Below are positions 26,010-36,755 of a stretch of DNA of 64,000 bases, piece after piece. A program made the translations under genes and the position numbers. The stretch spans positions 10,809,087 through 10,873,086 of the forward strand of contig OZ316898.1 in NCBI GenBank assembly GCA_973895155.1. The letters run 5' to 3'. Origin of the DNA: Marsupella aquatica. Taxonomy: Eukaryota > Plantae > Marchantiophyta. Below the pieces are notes generated by a model. The model did not search any database and was not told where the DNA came from. It saw only the letters and a list, made by a program, of their open reading frames with translations. Each line of letters begins with the position of its first letter. Positions within the stretch are counted from its first letter, which is position 1.

Positions 26010-27210
26010 AGATATGCTTAGTAGACCTCCTTCTGGAAAAAGTTGGCTTAATCAACCCCCTCCATACTTTTCTCCAATCTGGACCGTTGATGGACCTTTC
26101 GATCTCAAATCTGGACCATTGATAGACCTGAGGAGGTAGATCAAATAATAGTTTCATTTTAGGGGTCGATCAGATATGCTTAGTAGCCCCCTTTTGTAAA
26201 AAGTTCCGCTTAATCAACCCCCTCCATACTTTTCCCCAATCTGGACCGTTGATGGACCTTTCGATCTCGAATCTGGACCATTGATAGACCTGAGGAGGTA
26301 GATCAAATAACAAGTTTCATTATGGACCCCACTAGAGGTCCCTTCCAAAATTCCTGGCACCAGAGCGTGTCACGTCAACAACAATCGCAATAAACAAGAC
26401 TCATCGGTTTTGTGAATCAAACTTATAGTTTTCATTCATGTTTGTGTCAATTTGGGTGTAAATTTTGGGACGTCGTGCCGTAAAAAGAAAAAGAAAAATA
26501 TTGGAAATGCAAAAAGCAAGACAGTTAAAACTGTCACTATGTAACCGTTTTAGTTATATTTTTAATTTAAAACTTAAATTCAAAGATTTATAAAAAGTAT
26601 TTTTCATATAATAAATAATGACTAATAACTAAATTGATAACTTCCTTGTTAAACCGTAACTCCCGGTATGTAAGGACCTCTAGTATTGTACAGCCATTAA
26701 TGCTGGGAAGAGCACATAGAAACCCAAGATCGGACAAAATGGCATTACAAAATGGACGGCAAAGATCATAAAATCAACAAAATCGACACCTAGGAAAGCT
26801 TAGATTTGTTTAATTTTTCATTTGAAAAACATTAACCCATTTGCAAAACGGACAGAACCCATCCATAGATCTATTTGAGATCTTTCTTTTGAGCCATAGA
26901 TTGGCCATTATGATGGACGAACGAGATTTCCAGAAATAAGAAATGGAAACGGCTCAGATTGACTTTTCCCCCTGATTTTATTAGCCAAGGGGTCCACGAA
27001 CTAATTTTGGGGGTCGATCAACCAAACTAAGCCCACTTTTGTAAAAAGTTTGCTTAATTAACCCCCTCCATACTTTTTCCCAATCTGGACCGTTGATGGA
27101 CCTTTCCATCTTGAATCTGGACCATTGATCTCGAATCTGGACCATTGATAGACGTGAGGGGGTAGATCAAATAACAAGTTTCATTTTGGGGGTCCATCAA
27201 CCAAATACCT
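26010..27210. repeat. Three copies (26010-26170, 26173-26322, ~27005-27210) of a ~160-bp dispersed repeat, probably derived from a Mutator-like element
   Basis: Shared core aaccccctccatactttt..ccaatctggaccgttgatggaccttt..atctggaccattgatagac..ggtagatcaaataa..gtttcatt. The last copy ends catcaaccaaatacct, like the TIR at 34183-34199. Confidence 0.75.
26331..26684. mobile_element. Possible hAT/CACTA-like MITE (~350 bp)
   Basis: Perfect 11-bp inverted ends ACTAGAGGTCC / GGACCTCTAGT around an AT-rich core. No target-site duplication found. Confidence 0.4.
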
Positions 27211-27221
27211 TTCTCGTCGCT

Positions 27222-27410
27222 AACCAGAAGTGGTCCAGTGGTAGAAAAGGTCCCCTACCAGGAAACTGGTTAGGGTTCAATTACAACTAAGTCGCAGCAG
27301 TGTCCGCTGAAGGTCTGTCCCACCAGATGCCAGTTGGTCTTGGGAAAATGAACCGTGCGTCCCTACTGCCATAAGTATGAGACCAAAGGGGATGGAAGAT
27401 CATATATCTC
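27222..27410 (+). mobile_element. Candidate tRNA-derived SINE
   Basis: Pol III A-box TGGTCCAGTGG (27231-27241) and B-box-like GGTTCAATTAC (27274-27284) at tRNA-like spacing (43 nt start to start), but no cloverleaf. The 3' boundary is uncertain. Confidence 0.45.
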
Positions 27411-27618
27411 AAAGAGACTCGACCTTGAGCATATTCTATCGCTCGTTCGGTCTGATCAATTTCCTCAAAAGAAGATTAAAGGTCGCGAGGCACGCATTCC
27501 ACATATCACAACTGGCAAGAAGACAATATCCATGGGTCGCTGGATAACTGTCCTTCAATTGCAACACACGAAAAAACCCTGGATGTGATTGAGGGTCAGA
27601 CAAAGGTTTGAAGTTGTC

Positions 27619-28263
27619 CTACCAAAATCTTGCCTATCTGATCTTCATAGCACACCCTACGAGGAAAGCGGCTGTCCGTTCTACATTGGACTACCGAAAC
27701 CTTGCCTCTTTGATCTGCATAGCACACCCAGTTGGTGGCTCTCCATTTAACCATAGATTACCACAATCTTGCATATCTGATATGCATAGCACGTAGGCAC
27801 TGAAGTGCCCGTCCACTCCAGTCTCGGCTACCGAAATCTTGTATGCTTGAGCGTAGCACACCCTAGATAGTAAAGTATTTGTCCATATGACTTCAGACTA
27901 CCGAAATCTTCCTTATTTGTCCTGCATAGCACACCTTACTGAAGTGGCCGTCCACCCACTTTGGCCTAAGACTGCCGCAATCTCGCATATTTGATCTGCA
28001 TAGCAAACCCTAGGTAGTGAAACGGACAGCCGAACTCTTGCATATTTGATCTACATAGCACACCATAGATAGTGTAAAGGCCTGCCGAAATCTTGCATAT
28101 TTGTTCTGCATAGCACACCCTACTTACTGAAGTGGCCGTCCATCCCGCTTTGGACTTAGGACTGCCGAAATCTTGCATATTTGAGCTACATAGCACACCC
28201 AAGGTAGTGAAAAGGCTGTCCATTTCACTTGGGACTATATTCAATGATCTGCATATCACACCC
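27619..28263. repeat. Array of 9 full and 1 partial ~39-bp palindromic cores separated by 16-41 bp variable linkers
   Basis: Core ctRccgaaatcttgcatatttgatctgcatagcacaccc starts at 27619, 27691, 27758, 27828, 27898, 27972, 28027, 28082, 28162 and (partial) 28235. Confidence 0.92.
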
Positions 28264-28306
28264 TTATTCGCGAACTGGTTCTCCATTTTGCTTTGGAGAA
28301 CCGCAG

Positions 28307-31300
28307 CTAAAGTCTTAGTTCTTTGCCTCGGGTCAGGTTACTATCTGCCTCTGTGCAAAAGAGAACAAACATCGAGCTGAAAAAGTTCTGTATTGCTTTG
28401 CCCTTGATTATCTCATCTCCATCATCAGTGCCAGGTAGAATTGCAGGTGGTCCAAATTCCGCTAGGCAAAACATACCACCCAACGAGATACCAGGGAGGT
28501 TCTGTTGAAAAGCGCAACTTTCCACATTTGACTCGCCAAAAAACTCATGTCCACGCCCAGCACAACCAAATAAAAGCCCTCCAATAACTTTCTTTCTTGA
28601 AGAATGAGCAGATGGCAGACAACGGCATACCACCCTCGTGTGCTCGCCATCAGTATCGATTGCACCAGTAATGTCTCCAGCTACAGTAGACAGAGTCTTG
28701 TCAAGCGACGTCCTGGCAGCAACTGGATCCAGTTGATAAAATCTGAACGAATCTCTTGTCTTTACACCTCCACCACTGATAAATAGATATTCCTCATTTG
28801 GACTGCAAATACACAAAACAAAGCTCCCGACATTCGATTTTATGTCCAACGATTAAAAATAAGGAAATCTCGAAGGCAACAAGGGGAACACAACAGAAAA
28901 AACATCAGACATTAGAAGCAGCTCAAATAGATGCAATCATGAAAAGCCAGTAATTCCATTTGCGCTCACCAACTCCTTTGCTGCACATAGCTAGTCCACC
29001 CTGGGTACAGACCCAGCCCATCCTAACAGTACTAAGACTGATGTCTCTAGAAATACTTTAAGATCAGCCAGTAATATTAAATGTTGTTAAAAACAAATTA
29101 ATATGCATATTGAATGTTGCTACAAAATGCAATTGAAATTGGCTTCCCATCGCACTTACTCTTGCAGTTCGTGCATAGAGAAATGTGGTAACTGATTGGG
29201 TCTGGTTTGCTTCCGAAAAATTCCAATATGATTTGGAGGAATCCCAATGCTATGTATCTGTAAGTTACCGCATAACAAGAGGCCAATCTGTTCAGTCAAG
29301 ATCGATGATGAAGCCATAACTAACTCGTCGATTGCAGGTAAACAGACATATACTGAAGATACACGACCAACAGCATTGGCACGAGTACAGCAAATTCTCT
29401 GCTGCAATTGGTGAAAGACTAACAACGTACTTGACCCCCTAGCGACTATCAAATAACTGACACGTGCTACGCAATTAGAAGAAAACAACTGTAGTACCTC
29501 AGTATCAATATCCTCCAACACTTCAAAGCCATCCATCAACACCCCTTCCCTTTCACAAGAAATCTGCGTGCTCACTTCCTCTGTGATTGTGTCCTTGGTA
29601 TCTCTCACTGAAACAACCTTGTAGACAGGACCTACAGCTTTCAAACCTCCTGCCGCAGCAACTTTGCAGTGGACCGTTTCCATTGAGGTCTCTGCACAAG
29701 ACAATTTCAGGATGAGACATGTGATCGAGCAGGGGAACGATGGATGAAGAAACTGTGATTCTCAGCACATTTCAAGCTCACGATTAGCAGGAGCATCCAA
29801 AGTTATACTGCTCTTGGTATCCAAATCCAGTTACCAGAAACTCAATTCTGCAAATCAACTATATCCCAAATAGAGCATAAAAAATACGGCTGGGGATACT
29901 AATAGCAGTAGTCAAGTCATTTGTACGCCATTCCCCATATAACACCCCTCCCGTGACAGAGGGAAAAAGATGGGTTTTTATAGTAGTATATCGGACACGA
30001 AAGGACAACGTTGCGCATACTACTGCTTATTAGTTCCAATTTAGAATGCTCAAAGATTCATCCGATGCATCTTGGTGCATGAACATCCAGTGTTCAGGCA
30101 CAACACATTCCGTCACGCCATCATTCTTGCAGATATATTTAAGGGCCACACTGGGCAAACTACCCCCGATAAGTAAGCGGGGGTAAAAAACAGTCCTAAA
30201 GCCAATGGTTTAAACAAGGAAAGACCGGGTATACCATTGAAAAAGCTGTCATCCCGATCTTTTGTAAAAACGAGGGCGACAAAATCAAGCCGTGTATATT
30301 TCTCAGACAGCGCAGCCACATCAGCCTCAGACAAATTAGTAGCATCTCTCTCAGCAAGACGCTGACTCCTCCTCCTAGTCTTTCCACCTTTCATGCTGCT
30401 GTTCTCTTCCTCGTAGGCTGCACTCACAGTTGAGTGAGGAGAGTGGGCAAGGAGACAACCTGCTTCCATATCTTCAACAAAAGTGGCAAGACCACCAACA
30501 ATGGTGGTCTTCCCACCATAGGCCTTATCTGCAGCATGATAACATAGTGAGATCCCTTGGTCATAAATCTGTTATCTACCTACAACTATCTAGCTGCTGT
30601 TCAGTTTTTAAACATTCGAACTTCAGGTTCACCACGCCCCGGGTTAGATGGAACACTCGATCATCAAGTCCTAGCTCACTGACAGAAACATGAACATAGA
30701 AATGTCATTCCTTATGACTCTATTCCTATCAAGAGTAGAGGGCAAGACTAGACCTAGGGCTTCAAGGAACATGCTTGGATGTGGTTTAGGGTCCTGCAGC
30801 ACAGCCAAATCACCAAGGTTAGGAAAATCAATGAATGTGTTACATACGAGCGTAAGGAAAGTGAAATGCCTCGCAATACCTCGCCTTTCCATTTTCAACC
30901 CACTTACTCTACCATCTTGACATTGAGTCTCAATTTCAGATCTGTACTATCTACTCAGATCAATTGTGGTGGAGGGATGAGGTGTCGATAACTTACACCC
31001 AACAATAGAATTGCGAATGGAGATAGTGGTGAATGCCCTCCGTAAGGTGCCGCACTCGCTGCTTCAACAAATTTTTCCACCTCTCGAACCTGTACTCAAC
31101 GATGATACCCTTAATTCTTAGTATTCGGAAAAGCAAGTCAACATGCAGAACTTCAGCATCTCAAGGTTTCCTACACTGACAAGCCAGACCAGATCAACGC
31201 GATATAGTTTTGCTAAATGTGCATCTCACTCGTTAAATAAGCAGAAGTGCATATGGACACAACTACCGCTACTTTAACGGGCAGAAAGATGGTCGACCGG

Positions 31301-33210
31301 TATCCCAGAAAGAGTACAGCCGCTTACTGAGAGAGCATTCTCCAATTGTAAAGCCTTTACGTGCACTCCCGGGAACCGCCCCGCAGCAAGTACGAGGCCA
31401 TGCTGAGGTCTGTGTTCACCCTGCGCCGTATCAAAGATCATCTGATTGCCAAATCCACACAATGAAAGTCCGATTATTTATAGCAAATCAACTGAGGATC
31501 TCACTTTGCAGTGTCACTCAGCATGTCTGGCCATTGTACTAGGTATCGCCCGGCTTGTAAGTCTAACTCAAAAGGTTTTAAAGAAGACCTTGTCCTGCTT
31601 CACGGTGGCAACAACATACTAAATTGATGTACGATGACACGAACTCTGTGGGAGAGTACTGCAAAGATAACAGAAAATGAGCACCATCAAATGTTGCCAG
31701 CTGGTTCAATGCAACTAGCGTACCTCTATGTTCTCACCAGTGGCAACGTCCCTGCCAGCAATCCCAGCAGAGTTGCAAGCGATCAATGCCATTTTCTCTG
31801 GAAGCCTTTTCTTCACCTTTATAAACCCAAAAGCAATTGTTTAGTGAGGCAGTCCAATAGACATGCAGGATCTAAATCCGAATCTGCACCCCAAACTGCG
31901 ACTTGTTGTCATGGTTCTGGAAGCATTCGTGAACTTTTTTGATCTATCCATACTTTCACTTTTGACTGAAGGGCAGAGAGCAAATACCAACATTAGCTGA
32001 AATGAATTGTACATTAGTTGGATGATACTTCCACTAGCACTCAAATAAACCTATATGGAGCTTTCGCTACCTGCGACAATCTATCGAAGATACGCGGTTT
32101 ATGACAATCACGCCATTTCAATGCGCAAATTACTCTTGAAGCCCTGGTAGGGTTCAAGATACCCAAAAGGTTTTCTGGCGAGCAGATTTCAAACGTTCAA
32201 ATGAAAATAATGTATCATTTCCACTGAGGTGATTTTGACTTTTCTAATAGCATGAAGTCAACACGAAAAGATCTCACTGTTTGTAACGCTCTGATGTTCA
32301 CATGAGTAAAGATGTATCTCTCTTGGAACTAGGCATATTCACTTCTCCTATATTAGCAACGCTCAATGCCCCAAGTTCGAAGGGAGAAGTATCGATGACA
32401 TTGCATGGGACAAGGCATAGAAGACTACGGTCACTAAGATCTTAAAGACTGTATAGTGCCCAGAACTTCAGGTTACATCAGCATTTCGAGAAAGACTTTC
32501 CATTCACCTTGATTGCCTCTAGGCAAACGGCTAGAACACAGCAAAAAGTGACGAACATTGAAGTGCGAATCGGTTGCAGTCAGAATTGTAGCTAACGAAA
32601 GAACTGCTCAGCCAACACCTGACTGCATTTACTCTATTCACACGAAAAGTTAAGTGGACGATAACCCTTATATTGGAGCTGTGTGTCCCGATAGACAGAT
32701 CAAGTTGGCGGAAAGAGAATCAACCGGTCAATGCAAATTGATCAACGCTTCTTAGAGTCCAGCGACGTGAACATACTGACCAGGGCTGAAACATGAGAGA
32801 GTTTGAACTTCGAGCCTGCGAATATTATGGCAAAGTCTGGCCAGAAAGGTGCCTGCAATACGTCCCCAAGCACAGCATCCATGGCTTCCTGCGCAGGCCA
32901 TTTAAGCTCACATTACTCGACCGCACCTCCAAACCATTGTGAGTGCGAAACGACAACACATTGCCGAAATTTGAACACATCCCACAACCAATGCCACCCG
33001 AAATGGTGGAGAGAGGCAAGGGATCCCGCTCACCTCCAAATGTGGAAGATAGGACAGAGCAGAGACGAAGCGAGGGGTAGAATTGACGGCAATGGCTGCC
33101 TTTCTCCAGCTGTGAGAGACGCATGCTGCCACCGCCAAAGGCGACGAACTCAGACGATTTAACACAGCGACCAGCAATTCATGTGGCAGCGCCCTCCTAT
33201 CAAATTCCAT
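28307..33210 (-). CDS. F-box + FIST-domain protein (At5g63520/FBXO22-like); 10 exons: complement(join(28307..28802,29160..29257,29498..29691,30235..30528,30754..30793,30997..31089,31328..31441,31724..31816,32781..32888,33034..33210)), 568 aa
   Basis: GT-AG model of 1707 nt is in frame. N-terminal F-box LPHELLVAVLNRL..LAVAACVSHSWR followed by PRFVSALS; C-terminal FIST_C signature GGLLFGCAGRGHEFFG...PGISLGGMFCLAEFGP. The exon 9 acceptor could alternatively be at 29287. Confidence 0.85.
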
Positions 33211-34019
33211 GACAACACTCCCCTTGCTTTCCTTGCTTCCCTAAAAGCGGTAACACCTCCAAAGAATCCCTCCCACTCAACAGTCCCCTTTCTCATCAAT
33301 CGCGGCAGCAGCGGAAACCTTAACTGGAGACTTGCGCGGGAGCACATGCAGATAAGCATATGAAACACATCCACAACTGATCAAACTCCTAATCTCTACT
33401 GCCGCCAACTCCCACTACAGCATCTCTCCCGCCTCGTCGTCACTCTCTTCTTCTTCTTTCTTCGTTCTTCTTCCTCCTCCTCCTCCCGAGGCCCGTCGTC
33501 ACCTTCAATCACGGCCCATGCTCTAATTTCACGGATCATTACAACACTCTTTCTCCACGTCTCGTTCTCTCTTCCGTTTCCTCTGCGAACCACAAGACTT
33601 CGGTACCGAAGCCAATAATCCCTCCATCCAATCTCCTCGAACGCAAGTAAGGCACATTGCTGAGGAGCGAACGCCGCTGCAGACCGGGACGAGCCCACTA
33701 CTGATGGCGAGGAGGGTCAAATAATGAAATCGATCGGAACCGCGCCCTTGTTGAGACTCGATTGATCGATCGATCAATCGATCGATCAACTGATGACTCA
33801 CGAAGGGAACAGAGTAAACATCATGGATCTGTCGTCGCCTCCCTTCCTCTCCTCCCTCTTCCTGTCTTTCCTTCGCTGCAAGCTTGTTCTTCGCTTCCCA
33901 TGTGGGAACGCTCTAAACAGGACTACTCTGGTTCATGACCTCGTGAAAACAGGGGATTGATGGGGAGTGGGGCAAACCACGTGCAACACTCTCCTCTCTT
34001 CTCCTCTCTTCTCCTCTCC

Positions 34020-34199
34020 GGAGGTATTTGCTCGATGGGATATCAAAAATGAACAGTGTTACCTCATAGGACTTCTAAGCGATCCAGGCCATTGATAGAC
34101 CTTGAGGCCATTGATAGACCTTGAATCGACGTACCCAAATCTTCAGGGGTCCTATCAAGTAACATTTTCATTGTAGTGTCTCATCAAGCAAATACCTCC
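34020..34199. mobile_element. Mutator-like MITE (~180 bp)
   Basis: TIRs GGAGGTATTTGCTCGATG / CATCAAGCAAATACCTCC. Flanks ctcctctccg vs ctcctctagg resemble a decayed 9-10 bp TSD. The internal ccattgatagacc motif is shared with the 26-27 kb and 59 kb repeats. Confidence 0.65.
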
Positions 34200-34335
34200 T
34201 CCTCTAGGGGACCTTGGTTTTTCTATGCCAATGTACTCACTTCTGTTCATGCTCAAAGAATGGGAACTTAAGCTACCGATAGTCATAACAGATAGTCTTC
34301 ATGTTCACAACACAAGTTTTCAAGCAAGGCGAAAT

Positions 34336-34456
34336 AATGATCCTGCCCTACTTTGGGGGTCTCTACTCTGTCAGCGTCCGATGACTGTCCAGATCAATGA
34401 TCATGCCCTACTTTGGGGGTCTCTACTCTGGCAGCGTCCGATGACTGTCCAGATCA
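34336..34456. repeat. 60-bp tandem duplication
   Basis: aatgatcMtgccctactttgggggtctctactctgKcagcgtccgatgactgtccagatc at 34336 and 34396. Confidence 0.9.
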
Positions 34457-35042
34457 GGCGCTACAGAGGTCTTGGTCAGGAACCTGGTAGGGCACCCAAG
34501 TAATGTTGTACCAGGCCATCATTATCTTGTATGTAATCTTGGCTAAGTGTATAGTCAAGCTCTCCTAAGAGACCCTAAACTCATGAGAATGAGTTTGAGA
34601 TCTAAACACCTTTGGGCTCTGATAACTTGGAGTTGAGACTTCATATGAAAAGTTCTACAGTTGGTATAAGACAAATGTCTAGATTTTCAGAAAACAGCTT
34701 TTTACTATCCTGTCCCCCGAACTGAGCTAAGTTACTAACCTACCCCCAAATTTATTTTAATTGTGAGTAAAATATGTGGTTAAGTAAAATACATCATTGC
34801 ACAAAACATGTCATTTACTAAGTGATATTGTGTGTCCTAAGATCGCAATGTGTAATAGATGATGTTGTGCTAAAGATGTAGTTGTGAAAAATTATCATGG
34901 TGCAAAAGATAACTTGAGTAAAAGATTTTGTTTGTTAGAAGATCTCATTGCAGTAGAAATGTTATTAAGTGAAAGATATCATTACTCAAGAGAGAGACTA
35001 CATCAACCACCAAAGTATAACAAAGCAAGAATGATGTTTTTA

Positions 35043-36755
35043 CTAGCTCAATACCTGTGCGTTGCACAAAAGAAGTCGTGTCGGCCAAGATGTCATTGAG
35101 AAAAATGATGTAGTCTCAGCCAAGAGGTCGTGGAGAAAAAAGATGTAGTGTTGCCTAGGAGGTCGTGGAGAGAAAAGATGTTGTGTTGCCCAAGAGGTTG
35201 TGGAGAGAAAAGATGTCGTGTTGCCCAAGAGGTCATTGAGAGAACCGATGTCATGTCGCCCAAGAGGTCGTTGAGAGTAAAGATGTCGTGTCGCCCAAGA
35301 GATCATTGAGAGAAAAGAAGTTGTGTTGGTCAAGATGTCGTTGAGAAAAAAAATGTTGTATTGGCCAAGAGGTCGTTGAAAGAAAATATGTAGTGTCAAC
35401 CAAGAGGTCGTGGAGAAAAAAGATGTCTTGTCGCCCAAGAGGTCATTGAGAAAAAAGATGTCGTGTCGCCCAAGAAGACGTTCAGAAAAAAAGATGTCAT
35501 GTTGGTCAAGAGATCATTGAGCAAAAAAAATGTCTTGTTGGCCAAGAAGTCGTTGAGAAAAAAGATGTTGTGTCGGCCAAGATGTCATTGAGAAAAAATT
35601 GTCATGTTGGCGAAGATGTTGAGAAAAAAACGTCAGGTCGGCCAGGACATCGTTCACAGAAAATACCCGTGCGTTGCACAAAAGATGTTGTTAAGAAATA
35701 AGATGTCGTGTTGCCCAAGATGTTGTTAAGTGAAAGATGTCACAAAGTAAAAAGATGTCTTAAGAAAAAGTAGTTTTGCCAAACATACCATTGTGTGAAA
35801 GATGTTATTAAGAAAAAGGTGTCATTTTGCCAAAGATATCGTGAAGTAAAAGATGTTAAAAGAAAAATGGTGTTATTTCACCCAAGCTATCGTTATGTAA
35901 AAGATGTTATGAAATAAAAAATCAAGGAAACTAAGAAGGAGTGAGTCTTTTTCTTTTTCTTTGTTTTGTTTTTTTACCCAAAATGCACATGCATTTGAAT
36001 GACGACCACTATAAATTGGACCAACGTTATATTATCGGTTTCAGATTTAGTGTTTTAGGGTTTAGCAAAGATGACCATTCTCTCGATATCCTTTCAATCC
36101 CAGTGCGTTGCATAATAGATGTTGTTTGGTTAAAGATGCTGTTGAGAAATAGATCGTACGTGGTGCAAAAGATAATCGTTGAATAAAAATAATAATTGTT
36201 AAAATACATTATTACACAAAAAAATTTGTTGAGTGAAAGATATCATTATGCAAAATAGAAATTGGGGTACATGCAAGATAACTAAAAATTAACTAATTTC
36301 CAAAGAGTTAAATCTACTTTTTAAGAGCAAAAGCCAAAATAATATAATCTCAACCTACTCTCTTCCCCTTAGTGCTCGCTCCCTACCAAAACCATTATCT
36401 CAAGTAAATCTTTTCACTTTCATGCCCCATGCCAAATGTACTCTAAATTAATAGACCATAAAATAATATACTTACACTTTAATGCTCCATGCCAAAAAGT
36501 ATTATACGCAAGCTATAAAATAACTACAGTAGCACATGCTAGTACTCTATGATATATTATATCTACCTTGTACTATAACTTACATACCTACCTTGTACTA
36601 TAATTTACAGCCAATTTTAGGTTCCCATCTCACTCAATCCAAGAGCCATAAATAATTCAAGAAAATATCTGATGGCTTAGCTTTGTTCCCTCCTTTTTCA
36701 TTTTTGTAACGGGACGAAGGACTAAACTGGCGGGATTCGTTATTATAGTAGTAGA
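35043..36755 (-). mobile_element. Complete non-autonomous Helitron (1713 bp)
   Basis: On the minus strand the 5' end is A|TCTACTACTATAAT (starts 36755). The 3' end is the hairpin TGTGC-AAC-GCACA followed by GGTATTGAG-CTAG|T (ends 35043). Inserted between A and T with no TSD and no Rep/helicase ORF. Confidence 0.8.
35069..35660. repeat. 35-bp minisatellite (~17 copies) inside the Helitron
   Basis: Unit aaaagatgtcgtgttgcccaagaggtcgtggagag, itself two related 17-18 bp halves. More decayed copies continue to ~35910. Confidence 0.92.

Noticed and set aside
27619-28263. True CRISPR array
   Set aside because: Eukaryotic intron-rich context, no cas genes, degenerate repeats, and linkers that are related to each other and very unequal in length.
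27966-28286. 106-aa ORF with repeated GVLCxSNMQ motifs
   Set aside because: Translation of the repeat array; linker lengths do not preserve the frame across units.
35043-35438. 131-aa repetitive ORF
   Set aside because: By-product of the 35-bp Helitron minisatellite, whose unit length is not a multiple of 3.
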